DNA of 57,337 nucleotides from positions 1 to 57,337 of the forward strand of contig CANRMM010000042.1 of NCBI GenBank assembly GCA_947631745.1, written 5' to 3'. Source of the DNA: an uncultured Clostridia bacterium. Its GTDB lineage: Bacteria > Bacillota > Clostridia > TANB77 > CAG-508. Under the pieces are notes generated by a model that was not told the DNA's origin, made no database searches, and saw nothing but the letters and a program-made list of their open reading frames with translations. Made by a program: the position numbers and the translations under genes. Below, one piece after another: positions 39,468-51,100 of the stretch; positions within the stretch are counted from its first letter, which is position 1; each line of letters opens with the position of its first letter.

Positions 39468-40061
39468 TTACATTTTCTCTAAGCATTTTTCCATAATTCT
39501 TGCTAAGTCGTCTATTTCTACAATTGATTTTATACTTGCTTCTAGTGTTTCTTCTGGTGATACTTTTTTTAGATTTAATATATATCCATTTTTTAATGCT
39601 AGTTGTCTGATGAACTCTCGAATGCATCTTCCATTTCCTTCTCTAAATGGATGAAGGACATTTAATTCTGATATATAATATGCTAAGGATTTGGCTAATT
39701 CTGATTTGTTTTTTCCTTCTAGATAATTTTCTTCTTTTAATTTTATCAATAGTTTTTTTAATTCTTCTGGTATATACTCCCACTCTGCGAATCGAAACAT
39801 ACCTTTTGCGATGTTCTCTTTTCTAAATTCTCCTGCAAAAGGGTAAATATCTTCAAACAAATAAGTATGAATGCTAATAAAATGTTCTTCATCAAAATTG
39901 CCTGTAATGCCTTTTTGTCTTAAACTTAGTAATTTTGCTGCTGTAATTTTAGCTTCATACTCTAATAATTTATTAATATCTTTGATATCTAATTTATTTT
40001 TTAATATATCACAATCTTCATAACAATATATTGATTTTTGACTTTCGTATTCTTTTTCCAT
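39468..40061 (-). CDS. Fic-domain toxin (class I AMPylase)
   Basis: Canonical HPFREGNGRCIR motif; LKNKLDI, IHTYLFEDIYPFAGEFR. Confidence 0.93.
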   Translation of the reverse strand: MEKEYESQKSIYCYEDCDILKNKLDIKDINKLLEYEAKITAAKLLSLRQKGITGNFDEEHFISIHTYLFEDIYPFAGEFRKENIAKGMFRFAEWEYIPEELKKLLIKLKEENYLEGKNKSELAKSLAYYISELNVLHPFREGNGRCIREFIRQLALKNGYILNLKKVSPEETLEASIKSIVEIDDLARIMEKCLEKM

Positions 40062-40075
40062 TATTTTCTCCTATG

Positions 40076-40243
40076 TTAGTTTATTTGTTTTTTTATGGTT
40101 TCTATTAATTGTGCCATGTCCATTTCATCATTAACGAACTGTTTATATAAATTAACATCTTGTTCTGTAATTTTCATTCCCTCAATTGCTAAATCTGTTT
40201 TTATATTGTCTATATCAAAGTTAAAAATTTCTTCATTAAACAT
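40076..40243 (-). CDS. VbhA/FicA-like antitoxin (55 aa)
   Basis: Not in the ORF track; GGAGG RBS; MFNEEIFNFDIDNIKTDLAIEGMKITEQDVNLYKQFVNDEMDMAQLIETIKKQIN; directly upstream of fic. Confidence 0.75.
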   Translation of the reverse strand: MFNEEIFNFDIDNIKTDLAIEGMKITEQDVNLYKQFVNDEMDMAQLIETIKKQIN

Positions 40244-40342
40244 TTATTTACCTCCAAAATTTTTATTTTTCTTTTAAAACACTTATATAATTATTATACC
40301 ATAAATTACGTGAAAAGTCTAGTTTTATCAGCTTTTTGACGT

Positions 40343-40376
40343 AAAAATCCCACTCATAATGTCTGAGTGGGATTTT
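40343..40376. terminator. Terminator after the sortase gene
   Basis: aaaatcccactca/tgagtgggatttt. Confidence 0.75.
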
Positions 40377-40381
40377 GTTTT

Positions 40382-41200
40382 TTATATTTCTTTACATTTT
40401 ACAACTAATCTTTGTGTTCCATAATTTGTACAAGTAATTAATGTTAATTCTTTTCTATTTGTACGTATATCTGTACAACTTGTATCAGTTGGTTCTACAA
40501 CGTATATATAATATACCTCATATTTTATTGTTCTTCCTGATAAATCTTCTAATTCTACAATATCGCCATTTACTAATTCTGAAAGTCTTCCAAACATTTT
40601 TCCATTCCTATAATTGTGACCTACTATAGAATAGTTTCCTATTTCATTTGGTTCTCCTCCAAAGAATTTGCAAACAGAAATTTCTAATAGTTCATCAACT
40701 GTTTCATCATTGTTTTTTGATAAAACTGGATAGCTAATATTTATTTTTGGTATTCTTACAATTGCTTCTGTTGAATATGTATTACCATCTGATGCTTCAT
40801 ATGAGCTCACAGCATGTTCTAATTCTTGTTCTTGTTGTTCTTCTTCTCTTTCTCCTTCTCCTTCTATTTGTTCTTGTTGTTCTCCTTGCTCTTGATTTGG
40901 TTGTCTTACTTGTTCTGTTGTATTTATTGGTTGATTATTTTCTCCGCTTTCATCATTTAATAGAATAATCATAAAATTGTCATCTTCTTTAGGCTTTTTT
41001 ATGTTTGTTCTTTGTACTTCTGCTAATAGTTCTTGAGATATCTGTTCACTTCTTCCTCTATCATATTCTGCATATATGTAATAAGAAGATAGAATACATA
41101 CTAAAAAGACAGATAAAAAGAACTCTATTTTAAAAAGTCTTTTTTTCCTTCGTAATTCTGGTGTAACGTATAACTTTTCTGCTATTAAAATCTGGTTCAT
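40382..41200 (-). CDS. Sortase (class D-like)
   Basis: N-terminal TM; IPKINISYPV, GHNY (His), LTLITC (Cys), RLVV (Arg). Confidence 0.9.
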   Translation of the reverse strand: MNQILIAEKLYVTPELRRKKRLFKIEFFLSVFLVCILSSYYIYAEYDRGRSEQISQELLAEVQRTNIKKPKEDDNFMIILLNDESGENNQPINTTEQVRQPNQEQGEQQEQIEGEGEREEEQQEQELEHAVSSYEASDGNTYSTEAIVRIPKINISYPVLSKNNDETVDELLEISVCKFFGGEPNEIGNYSIVGHNYRNGKMFGRLSELVNGDIVELEDLSGRTIKYEVYYIYVVEPTDTSCTDIRTNRKELTLITCTNYGTQRLVVKCKEI

Positions 41201-41302
41201 ATAATCCTCCTATTAAAATATATCCATTAGGTATTATATCACACTTTTTTCGTATTTGGAAGGCTTTTTTATATATTTCTTTTGATTTTTATGAAAAAAT
41301 TA

Positions 41303-42166
41303 TTATACATTATTTATTAAGTTTGCAATTTCTGCAAATTGTTCTATTGTTAAGCTTTCTCCTCTAATATTGTTAGATATTCCTAGCTTTTTTAATATTT
41401 CCTCCCCTTCTTCTTTTGTTTTTATTATTTCACTATTCATTAGTCCATTTAGTAAAGTTTTTCTTCTTTGCATAAAGCTTGCTTTTATTATTTTAAAAAA
41501 TAGTTCTTCATTTTTTACTTTAACAATTGATTTTTTTCTAATGGTTAGTTGTATTACTTCAGAGTCTACATCTGGTGATGGTAAAAAGCAGTCTTTTGAT
41601 ACAAAAGTTATTTGTGTTGGAATAGCATAATAATAAACACTATATGTAATTGCTCCTGCTTTTTTTTGGCCTGGAATTGCAGTGATTCTATCTGCTACTT
41701 CTTTTTGTACCATTACTGTAATGCTATTTATATCTAATTTAGCTTCTAATATTTTCATTAATATAGGTGTAGTGATGTAATATGGTAAGTTTGCAACTAT
41801 TTTTACACTTTTTATTTGTTCATTTTCTTTATTTTTTTGTATAATTTCTGTTAAATTTACTTTTAGTATGTCTTGATGTAATAATTCAAAATTAGAATAT
41901 AGATAGAATCTGTCTTTTAGTATTTTTATCATTCTGTCGTCTAATTCTATAGCAATTACTTTTCCTGCTCTTTCAACTAGTTCTTTGGTTAATGTTCCTA
42001 AACCTGGTCCAATTTCTATAATAAGATCTTCTTTGGTAATGCTCGCAGATTCTATTATCTTATTTACATTTTCGTCGTCAATTAAAAAGTTTTGTCCTAA
42101 ATTTTTATTAGCTGTTATCCCATACTTTTTTATAATGTACTTTGTTTCTTCTAATATACTTTTCAT
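41303..42166 (-). CDS. rsmA: 16S rRNA dimethyladenosine transferase KsgA
   Basis: LGQNFL, EIGPGLG, VANLPYYITTP, MVQKEVA, QRRKTL. Confidence 0.97.
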   Translation of the reverse strand: MKSILEETKYIIKKYGITANKNLGQNFLIDDENVNKIIESASITKEDLIIEIGPGLGTLTKELVERAGKVIAIELDDRMIKILKDRFYLYSNFELLHQDILKVNLTEIIQKNKENEQIKSVKIVANLPYYITTPILMKILEAKLDINSITVMVQKEVADRITAIPGQKKAGAITYSVYYYAIPTQITFVSKDCFLPSPDVDSEVIQLTIRKKSIVKVKNEELFFKIIKASFMQRRKTLLNGLMNSEIIKTKEEGEEILKKLGISNNIRGESLTIEQFAEIANLINNV

Positions 42167-42196
42167 TTTTGTAGTCCCCTATTTTATTATTTAAAG

Positions 42197-42232
42197 TGAA
42201 AAATATAGTGAAAAGCATCACTATATTTTTCA
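42197..42232. terminator. Terminator after the intact PBP gene
   Basis: tgaaaaatatagtga/tcactatatttttca. Confidence 0.7.
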
Positions 42233-42238
42233 TTAGTT

Positions 42239-44536
42239 TTATTCTATAATTTCATTTTGTAAAGTTATATTAATAACTGTTCCTTCTTCCACTTCCGTTC
42301 CTGCTGATATATCTTGGCTAATAACGATTCCAGATCCTGATGCTTTTATATTTAAATTATGTTTTTTTAGTTCTGCTTTGGCTTCTGTATATGTCATTTC
42401 TTTTAATGAAGGCACTGTTTGTGATACTCTTGTATCATTTCCTTCAGTGTATAAGCATACAATTGCTCCACTTACTAAAGAAGTTCCTTCTTTTGGCATT
42501 TGATCTGTTACTATGTCTTTTTCATCTCCATATATATTGCAATTAAATCCTGCTCTTTCTAATATTTTTTCTGCTTCTGATATTGTTTTATTTTTAACAT
42601 TTGGTAGGCTTGTTGTTTCTATTGTATCTGCTGATTCTGTGGTATCTGATGGAATTCCTAAATAAGGTAATACCTCTTTTAAAATTTGGCCGACTACTGG
42701 TCCTGCTTGTGTACTTCCGCTGTGAGAGCCTCCTTGTGCATCTGGACCATATAATGTTACTAATATAACTACTTCTGGATTTTCTGTTGGCGATATTGCT
42801 GCAAATGAAACAACATAAGTTTGTGATTCATCTGATGGATCTGGTTCTGAAGTTCCTGTTTTTCCTGCAACTGTGTATCCTTTTACTTGTGCGTATTTTC
42901 CTGTTCCTTCTTCTACAACTGTAGTTAGCATATCTAATAATTTATCTGATGTTTCTTTTGATATTACTTGTCTTACTGCTATTGGTTCTATTGTTGTTAC
43001 TGCTCCTGTATCTGTATTAGTAATTTCTTTTACAATTCTTGGTTGCATTAATACTCCATCATTTGCTACTGCTGAAACGGCTGTAATCATTTGTAGTGGT
43101 GTAATTCTAAATCTCTGTCCAAATGACATTGTAGCAAGTTCTACTTCTCCAACATCATCTAAATCCCAAAATACACCCGATTCTTCTCCTCCACTTGCAA
43201 AATTTGTTATATCAAAAAATCCAAATGCATTATAATATTTGTATAATGTAGATGCTCCTATTTTTCTACCTAATTGCATGAAAGCTGGATTGCATGAATT
43301 CATCAATGCTTCTCTTAGGCTTTGTGAGCCATGTTGTGAACCATCATGGCATTTTATAACTGTATCTGTTAGTTTTTCTTCTCCATTGCAGTAAAATTCT
43401 CCTGATTTGTCAGGTTCTACAATATCTTCTTCCAATCCTACGGCTGCTGTAATAATTTTAAATACTGAGCCCGGTTCATATGTTGATGTGATTGCTCTAT
43501 TATTCCATGTTGTTTGTAGTAATTCAATACTATCTTCTTCATTCATTTTTTTCCATTCTTCTTCTGATATGTGTGTTGGTGTAAATGGATCATTTAAGTT
43601 ATAGTCTGGGTATGTTGCCATTGCTAAAACATCTCCATTATTTGGATTCATAATAATTACATTTCCACCATTGGTACAGTTATTTTCTTCACATGCTTGT
43701 TTTAAATATTTTTCTGCAATTCCTTGAATATTTGCATCCAAGGTTAGTGTGATATCATTTCCATTCTCTGCTTCATAGTATTTTTGATCTTCATCTGGAA
43801 TTAGTTCTTGAAGTGCATCTTGTGAATTAATTATTTTTCCTGGTGTTCCCGTTAAAATTGAATCCCATTGTGCTTCTAGTCCTTCTAGTCCTTGATTATC
43901 TGTTCCGCAAAATCCTAATAAATTAGAAGCTAAATTATTATATGGATAATATCTCTTACTATCTTCATCTATATTAATTCCTCTATAAATTTCGTTGTCA
44001 TTCATCCATTGTTTTAACTTATCTATTTTATCTTTTTCTACTTTTCTAGCTATTGTTTCTATTTCTTCATCATTTGAGACTTTTTTTAGTGTTTCTTTAT
44101 AATCTAATTCAAATATGTCTGCAAATGCTTTTGCTACTTTTTCTTTTAATTGTTTAGTCTTTTCTTCGTCTATTTCGTCTTCGTTATTTAATACAACAAT
44201 ACTGTTTGGGTTAATTGTAACTGTATCTACTTGTGCACTTCTTGCTAATGCCTTTCCTGTTGCATCATATATTGTTCCTCTTTTAGGACTAATGATTTGA
44301 TCCTTAATTGACTGTGAATCCATTGCTTCTTTTAGTTCTGCGCCTTGCACAATTTGAAGCCAACCTAGTCTTATAATTAGTAATGCTAGTGCAAAGAAAA
44401 ATACTAACATTACTCTTTTTAGTCTTTCTGAAATAGTTAAAATTTTCTTTTCTTTTTGTAATTGTTTATTGGGTTTAGCTTTTTTAAATTTATATATATT
44501 ATTTTTTTTACTTTTCTTTGAACTCATACACACCAA
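42239..44536 (-). CDS. Intact class B PBP (FtsI/SpoVD family) with two PASTA domains
   Basis: YEPGSVFK, SCN, KTGT; clear paralogue of the split PBP. Confidence 0.93.
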   Translation of the reverse strand: MVCMSSKKSKKNNIYKFKKAKPNKQLQKEKKILTISERLKRVMLVFFFALALLIIRLGWLQIVQGAELKEAMDSQSIKDQIISPKRGTIYDATGKALARSAQVDTVTINPNSIVVLNNEDEIDEEKTKQLKEKVAKAFADIFELDYKETLKKVSNDEEIETIARKVEKDKIDKLKQWMNDNEIYRGINIDEDSKRYYPYNNLASNLLGFCGTDNQGLEGLEAQWDSILTGTPGKIINSQDALQELIPDEDQKYYEAENGNDITLTLDANIQGIAEKYLKQACEENNCTNGGNVIIMNPNNGDVLAMATYPDYNLNDPFTPTHISEEEWKKMNEEDSIELLQTTWNNRAITSTYEPGSVFKIITAAVGLEEDIVEPDKSGEFYCNGEEKLTDTVIKCHDGSQHGSQSLREALMNSCNPAFMQLGRKIGASTLYKYYNAFGFFDITNFASGGEESGVFWDLDDVGEVELATMSFGQRFRITPLQMITAVSAVANDGVLMQPRIVKEITNTDTGAVTTIEPIAVRQVISKETSDKLLDMLTTVVEEGTGKYAQVKGYTVAGKTGTSEPDPSDESQTYVVSFAAISPTENPEVVILVTLYGPDAQGGSHSGSTQAGPVVGQILKEVLPYLGIPSDTTESADTIETTSLPNVKNKTISEAEKILERAGFNCNIYGDEKDIVTDQMPKEGTSLVSGAIVCLYTEGNDTRVSQTVPSLKEMTYTEAKAELKKHNLNIKASGSGIVISQDISAGTEVEEGTVINITLQNEIIE

Positions 44537-44634
44537 CTTTTTCTTTAGATATTTCTTTTTTTATTTTATCAATATTTTATATGATATCATTGCAAAAATC
44601 AAGGAATTCACTGTAATTTCATTAATGTAAAATA

Positions 44635-44658
44635 TAAAAGACCCCGTTTGATGGGGTC
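44635..44658 (-). terminator. Terminator after the 44667 ORF
   Basis: agacccc/ggggtct stem with T-run on the - strand. Confidence 0.6.
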
Positions 44659-44666
44659 TCTCTCGT

Positions 44667-45089
44667 TTACCAATTATGGTATTTCTTTGATTGTCTGTGT
44701 CTTTCGATTCCTTTTAATGCTTTGATCAATAATTCATATGCATAAACTAAATCCAGTATAACAACTGCAGGTATTGCCAGGAAGGCAATAATTCCTGCCA
44801 CTCCCTTAAAAAGTGCATTTTGACGTGAATATGTTCTTATTACGCTGTCTTGGGAATCATAGATTTTCTGACGTTCACTCATCCAGTATTTTGCTTCCGC
44901 TGTCATAGCGTCGGTCTTTACCGGGGAGTCGTTGTAGAACTGAATGTTGTCATTCAGTACTATGAGGTTTGCACATGTCTTTGTGATTTTTTGGCATTCT
45001 TTAGGAATTACGAAGTTTCCAACAATCAAAACTAGAATGGCCACAATTGTGGTCGCGGTTTTGCATATGGCCCGAAGGTTCACTTGCAA
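44667..45089 (-). CDS. Hypothetical two-TM membrane protein, GC-richer than its neighbours
   Basis: AAGGAG RBS, two hydrophobic segments, own terminator; no recognisable family. Confidence 0.6.
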   Translation of the reverse strand: MQVNLRAICKTATTIVAILVLIVGNFVIPKECQKITKTCANLIVLNDNIQFYNDSPVKTDAMTAEAKYWMSERQKIYDSQDSVIRTYSRQNALFKGVAGIIAFLAIPAVVILDLVYAYELLIKALKGIERHRQSKKYHNW

Positions 45090-45158
45090 AATCTCCTTTC
45101 TTCTTGTATTTGTAGGCTAGGCCTTACATTATTATTATATCATAGTTTATATTATTTA

Positions 45159-48100
45159 TCAAATTTCGGCTTCTATTTGATAAATTCCACCATTTGGATT
45201 AAGTCTTATTATTTTTTCTTTTACTACTTCTCCATTTAATATCATTTTTTCTATTCCTGTGTTTTTCTTATTAGGATTTGTTACTTTAATATTATATATG
45301 CTTTCTCCATATTTGTACTTGATACTATATTCTTTCCAGTCGCTAGAAATACATGGATTTAATGTTAGTGTCCCTTTTTCAATTCTTAATCCTAATATAT
45401 ATTTAATTCCCGCTTCGTAGAACCAACTACTAGAACCTGTGTACCATGTCCATCCTCCTCTGCCTGCTAAATTTCCTACTCCATATATATCAGCTGCTAT
45501 TACATATGGTTCTACTTTATATTTATTTGCTTCTTCTTTTGTACGTGAATGTTCTATTGGGTTTATCATTCTAAAATATTCATTTGCTTTTTCTCCAAAG
45601 CCTAGCATTGCTTCTGCAATTATTGCCCATACGGCAGAGTGTGTGTATTGCCCTCCATTTTCTCTAGTTCCAGGTAGGTATGCTTTGATATATCCTGGTT
45701 CTAGTTTACTCTTTTCCAAAGGTGGATCTAATAGTTTTATAATTCCATTTTCTCTATCTATTAAATGATTTTCCAGACTTTCTATTGATATATATTTTTT
45801 ATCATTGTCCCCTGCTTCAGATATTGTTGCCCAACTTTGTGCGATACTATCTATACGACATTCTTCATTTTGAATACTGCCTAGAATATCTCCATTATCC
45901 ATAAAAGCTCTTTTATACCATCTGCCATCCCAGCCAGCAGTATTTAGTGCCCTTCTTAAGCTTTCCATAATTTCTTTATATTTTTCTGCTACTTCTTTTT
46001 CTTTCTTTTCTTCACAAATTGGAATAAATCTTTTTAAGACAACATACAAGAAAAATCCTAGCCATACACTTTCTCCTTTGCCTTTGTTTCCTACAGTACT
46101 AAATCCATCATTCCAATCTCCAGATCCGATTTTAGGTAATCCATTTTCTCCCATGACTAATGCTTTTTCTATTGCTCTTTTACAATGTTGATATATGCTT
46201 TCTTTTTTATCTGATGGTACATATAAGTCATATTTTTCATCTACCCCTTCTGGTAATATTTCTCCTTGCAAATAGTTTGTTTCTTCTTCTAAAATTTTAT
46301 AATCTCCTGTAAAGTTTATATATTCTGCGACCATATATGGTAGCCATAATAAATCATCAGAAAATCTTGTACGAATTCCTCTGGATGTTTCTTCATGCCA
46401 CCAATGTTCTACATCTCCTTCTATAAATTGGTGCTTGCTGTGTTTTATAATTTGATTTTTTACAATATTTGTGTCAATATATTTTAGGCAAATGCAATCT
46501 TGTAGTTGATCTCTAAATCCATAAGCTCCTCCAGATTGATAATATCCGCTTCTTGCATATATTCTAGAGCATAATGTTTGATATATTAACCATCCATTTA
46601 AAATAATATTGGTTGATTCTAATGGAGTATTAACCTGCAATCTTTCTATATTATTTTGCCAATACTTCTTTTCTTTTTCATATTCTGCTATTGCATTATT
46701 AATATTGGTGTATTTGTATGCCTTATCTTGGCATGCAATCATATTTTCTTCTGCTCCTAATACTAATACAATATCTTTGTTTTCTAATGCTTCTAATGTT
46801 ATTTTTAGTTCTATAGCAACCATGCTTTCTTTTCCTAGTGAGTTCTGTCTATCTAGTTCTAATTCTTGTAAAGCTTCTGGATTTGAAAGTGTTCCTGTGC
46901 CTATAAAATCTTTTTTATTTCCTGTATAGGAGTTTATTTTTTCACTTGATGATATATATAGTATTGTTTTATTTTCTTCATTTATTTTATTTTCTACGGT
47001 GATAAGATTACTATTTTCTTTATATTCTAGTTGTAAATATCCATTTGATTTTAGTTCATCTTCATCTAATACTGGTTTTATATAATAGACTAATTTTAGT
47101 TCTTTCTTTTGTGTTTCTAGATTTTCTAAATGCAGAATTTGTACTTTTATGCTATCTTTTCTTGGAATATATATATCTAATTTTTGTACAATTCCATCTG
47201 AAGTATGTTGATATTTACTATATCCAAATCCATACGTAATGTAATAGTCGTTATTATCTGGCATTGGGTTTAAGCCTAATGACCATGTTTTCTGATTTTT
47301 TAAATCTCTTAGAAAAATAATTTCTGAAGGTACATCTGTTACTTGATTGTTATTCCATGCTGTAATTCTGTTTAATCTGCTATTTTTATACCATGTGTAT
47401 CCTCCCATATTTTCTGTTACAACCGTTCCAAATTTTTCGTTTGCTAATATATTGCTCCATACTGTTGGAAGTCTATCGTCTTTATTTGTACGAATGAGAT
47501 ACTCTTTTCCATCGTTTGAAAAACCTCCATACTCGTTATAATATTTTAAATTTTTATCATCTAGTGGTTTTCTTAGTGTTTCTGATTCTATATATTCTTC
47601 TTTTCCAATTTCTTTTGCTGTTCTTTTCATTTTATCTAAATATTCTTCTTCTATATCTTTTAATTGTCTTTGTATATTTCCAAGGCTACTGTCTATTAAT
47701 AAATTTGCTCTATATTCAATTATTTTTTTACTATCTTTTTCAAGGTTATTTAATACAAAAATTCCACCTTTTTGGTTTTGTAAATATGATACATTTCTGT
47801 CTAATATCGCATTTTGAATTTCTTCTTGTACATAATTTTCATAATTTTTCTTTTCTTCATTAATTATTACTAAATCAATTTGTATGTTTTTGATGCGAAA
47901 ATATTCATATGCTTTAATTGCTTCTTTTACTACATCGATATCATTTATTTCTTTTATTTTTACAACTAATATTGGTAAATCTCCAGATATTCCATATTTC
48001 CATAGTTCAGTTGTTGGTGCTTTTTCTGGTATGTTTCCTTTTCCCATTAGTTCTTTTAATGGGTTTTGATAGATTAAATATCTTAGCATTTCTTGATAGT

Positions 48101-51100
48101 TTTCTATTTCTTTTCCTTTTATTCCTAAATACATATTTTCTGCTTCTACTTTTGCTTTAGCTAAGTCCATATTTCTTTCTATTTTTTCGCTATTTTGGTT
48201 TTCGTAAATCATTCTTAATGCTTCTTCTTTTTCTTTAGCAATACTTATTATTAAGTTTAATTTAAATGTTTTGTCTGGTAAAATACTTGCTGTTTTCTTC
48301 ATTGCTATGATTGGATCTGTTGTCATTCCTATTTTTCTTCCCATCGGTAGCCCTTTTTGTATTACTTTTGGAAGTAGGAGATTTCCTCTTCCTATAAATT
48401 TTTCTTTATCTATTTCATATTCTAATTCTCCTATTGTTTCGTTTTCAGTATATAAATTTACTGCTAAGTAGATGTCTTGTTCTTCTTTACTTCTCTTTTT
48501 GCGTTTTACCACAATTATATCGTCTATTAATTCGTAGCTTAGAAATAAATTATTAAAAGCTTTATGTGCATTATCTTGACTCATTGTTGATAAAACTGGT
48601 TCTATAAAGCTAGTTATTTCTATAGTTTCTTCTGTTATTCCATGGTTTTTTAATTCAATTTGTCTAATTTCAACTGGTTCATCTGGCATAACTACTATTT
48701 TAGTTGTTGTTTCTATATTGCCATCTACTCTTGTAAATTTGTCTTGATCCGGGGTATATATAACATTATACTTATCTGGTTTTGATAAATAATTCATATT
48801 GCTAGAAGTCCATATTCTTTTTGTTTTTATATTTCTTAAGTAAAAGAATATTCCTTGTTCTTCTTCATCAGTTTCTTTGTATCGATTTATTATTATGTTT
48901 TTATATTTGCTATATCCTTTTCCGTTTTGGTCTATAACAATTGTATAGTTGTCATTTGCAATTACATTAATTGGATTTGTTTTTTCATTTATTTTGTTGT
49001 ACTCTCTTTGACAATAAGATTCATAGTCTATATTTTTTATTTTTTCTATTTTTTCTTTGTGTTCTTTAGTAATTACAATGTTTTCTGGCATTTTTTCTTG
49101 TAGAAGAATATTAATTGCTTTTATTTCTGGATTTTTCATAAATCTTTTTTGTAAGATTTGTTCTTTTAAAAAGTTATTAATTGATAGGAGTATGAGTCCT
49201 TGGTGATGAGCCATATATGTTTTTACAATAGCATTTTTTTCATTTTTTCTTAATCTATTTGGTGTATAATCTATTGATTCATATAAGCCATATTTTCCTA
49301 GCATACCTTCTTTCTCTAATTTTTTTAAATTTTGTATTACATCTTTTGGTACTTCATTTATTGCCATGACACTTCCGTATGATGAAACTACAATTTCATC
49401 TGCTAATCCTCTTTTGATTCCTAACCATGGAATTCCAAATGCTTTATATTGGTAATTATTATTGAGGTCTTTTAAATGAAATGCCGCTTCTGATATTCCC
49501 CATGGAATATTGAGTTTTTTGCTATATTGTTCTTGACTCATAATTGCAAACTTAATAGATTCATTTAGTAAGCTTCCTTCTGGTCCTGGAATATTTATAT
49601 TTGGCATTAAATATTCAAAAGCTGTTCCAGACCAAGAAATTAATCCTTTATACTTGTTAAGAATTGTTAAACTTCTACTTAGTGCATACCAATGTTTTGC
49701 TGGTATGTCTCTTTTGGCAATAGCAATAAAACTTGCTTGTCTTGCTTCTGAGGCAAGTAAGTCATAATAAGATGGTGTTAAATTATTTTCCTCAACATTA
49801 TATCCTATAGAAAATATTTTGTTTTCTTCTACATATAAATGTTCAAATTTAGTATTTTGAATTAATGTATCTATTATTGTTATCATATTTGGTATTCTAT
49901 TATCTGCATTTTCTATTGTTTTTTGGTTGTTATTTTCCACATCTTCCACATCTTTTTCTGTCTTTATTGTTATTAAAAATTGTTTTAATACATATAAATA
50001 ACCAATAAAATTTCCACTATCTACAGTAGAAATATATCTTGGTGTTAATGGTTCTAGGTTCTCTATATTGTACCAGTTATATAGGTGACCATTCCACTTT
50101 GCTAATTGGTTAATTGTTTCTAACATTTTTTCTAATAATGTTAATGTATTTTCTTGATTTTCAAATCCTAAATCATAGCTTGAGGCAACTGATAATAGTG
50201 CTAGGCCAATATTGGTTGGGGATGTTCTATATACTACTTTGGGATTTCTATCTTCTTGATAGTTATCTGGTGGTAAGAAATGTCCTTTTTCATTGAGATG
50301 TTCTTTGAAAAATTGCCATGTTCTTCTTGCAATTTCTAAGATATATTCTTTTTCTTGTTCACTTATTTTATCTATTAATTTTTTGTTTTTAATTGTTTTT
50401 CCAATGTCATATTGGATTGCTGGGCCTATTAGCCATAAAACAGCAAGTAAAAATAGCAAGATTGTATAAATTCCATCATGATAAAAAATTAGTAAAATAA
50501 GAGTTAGAATTCCTAATACTATATTAGGAATCATGTCTTTATAATATGCATATATTGTATTTTTAGCCTTTTTTTCGGCTTCTTCTGCTGTTGTCCATTC
50601 TAATAGTTTCTTTTTACTAATTAGCATTCTATATATTGTTTTACTAATAGCATTTATATACATATATGCTTTATCTGGAAGTGTTGATATTTCTAAAATT
50701 CCTCTTATAAAGCTTCCTTTGAAACTATTAATCTGCTTATCAAATGTTTTTTGGATAGTTTCTCCATTTTTTTTGTAAATAATTTTATTAATAATTTCTA
50801 AAATACTTGGCATGATTAAACTTATAAAAATTGCTGTTATGAGAGGCCATATATTTATTGGATTAATTATGTCCATTAAGATCAAAGTGATAAAAGAAAT
50901 TAATATTAGTGGAATAAATAAACTTCTTATTAGATTATCAAATATTTTATATTTTGATATAACATTTAATGAATTTTGTTGCACTTCTCCTTTTTCATTT
51001 TTTGTCTTATTTTTTAGCCATCTGATAATTTGCCAATCTCCTCTTGTCCATCTATGAAGCCTAGTTTTAAAGCTATTATAGTTTGTTGGGTATCCATCCA

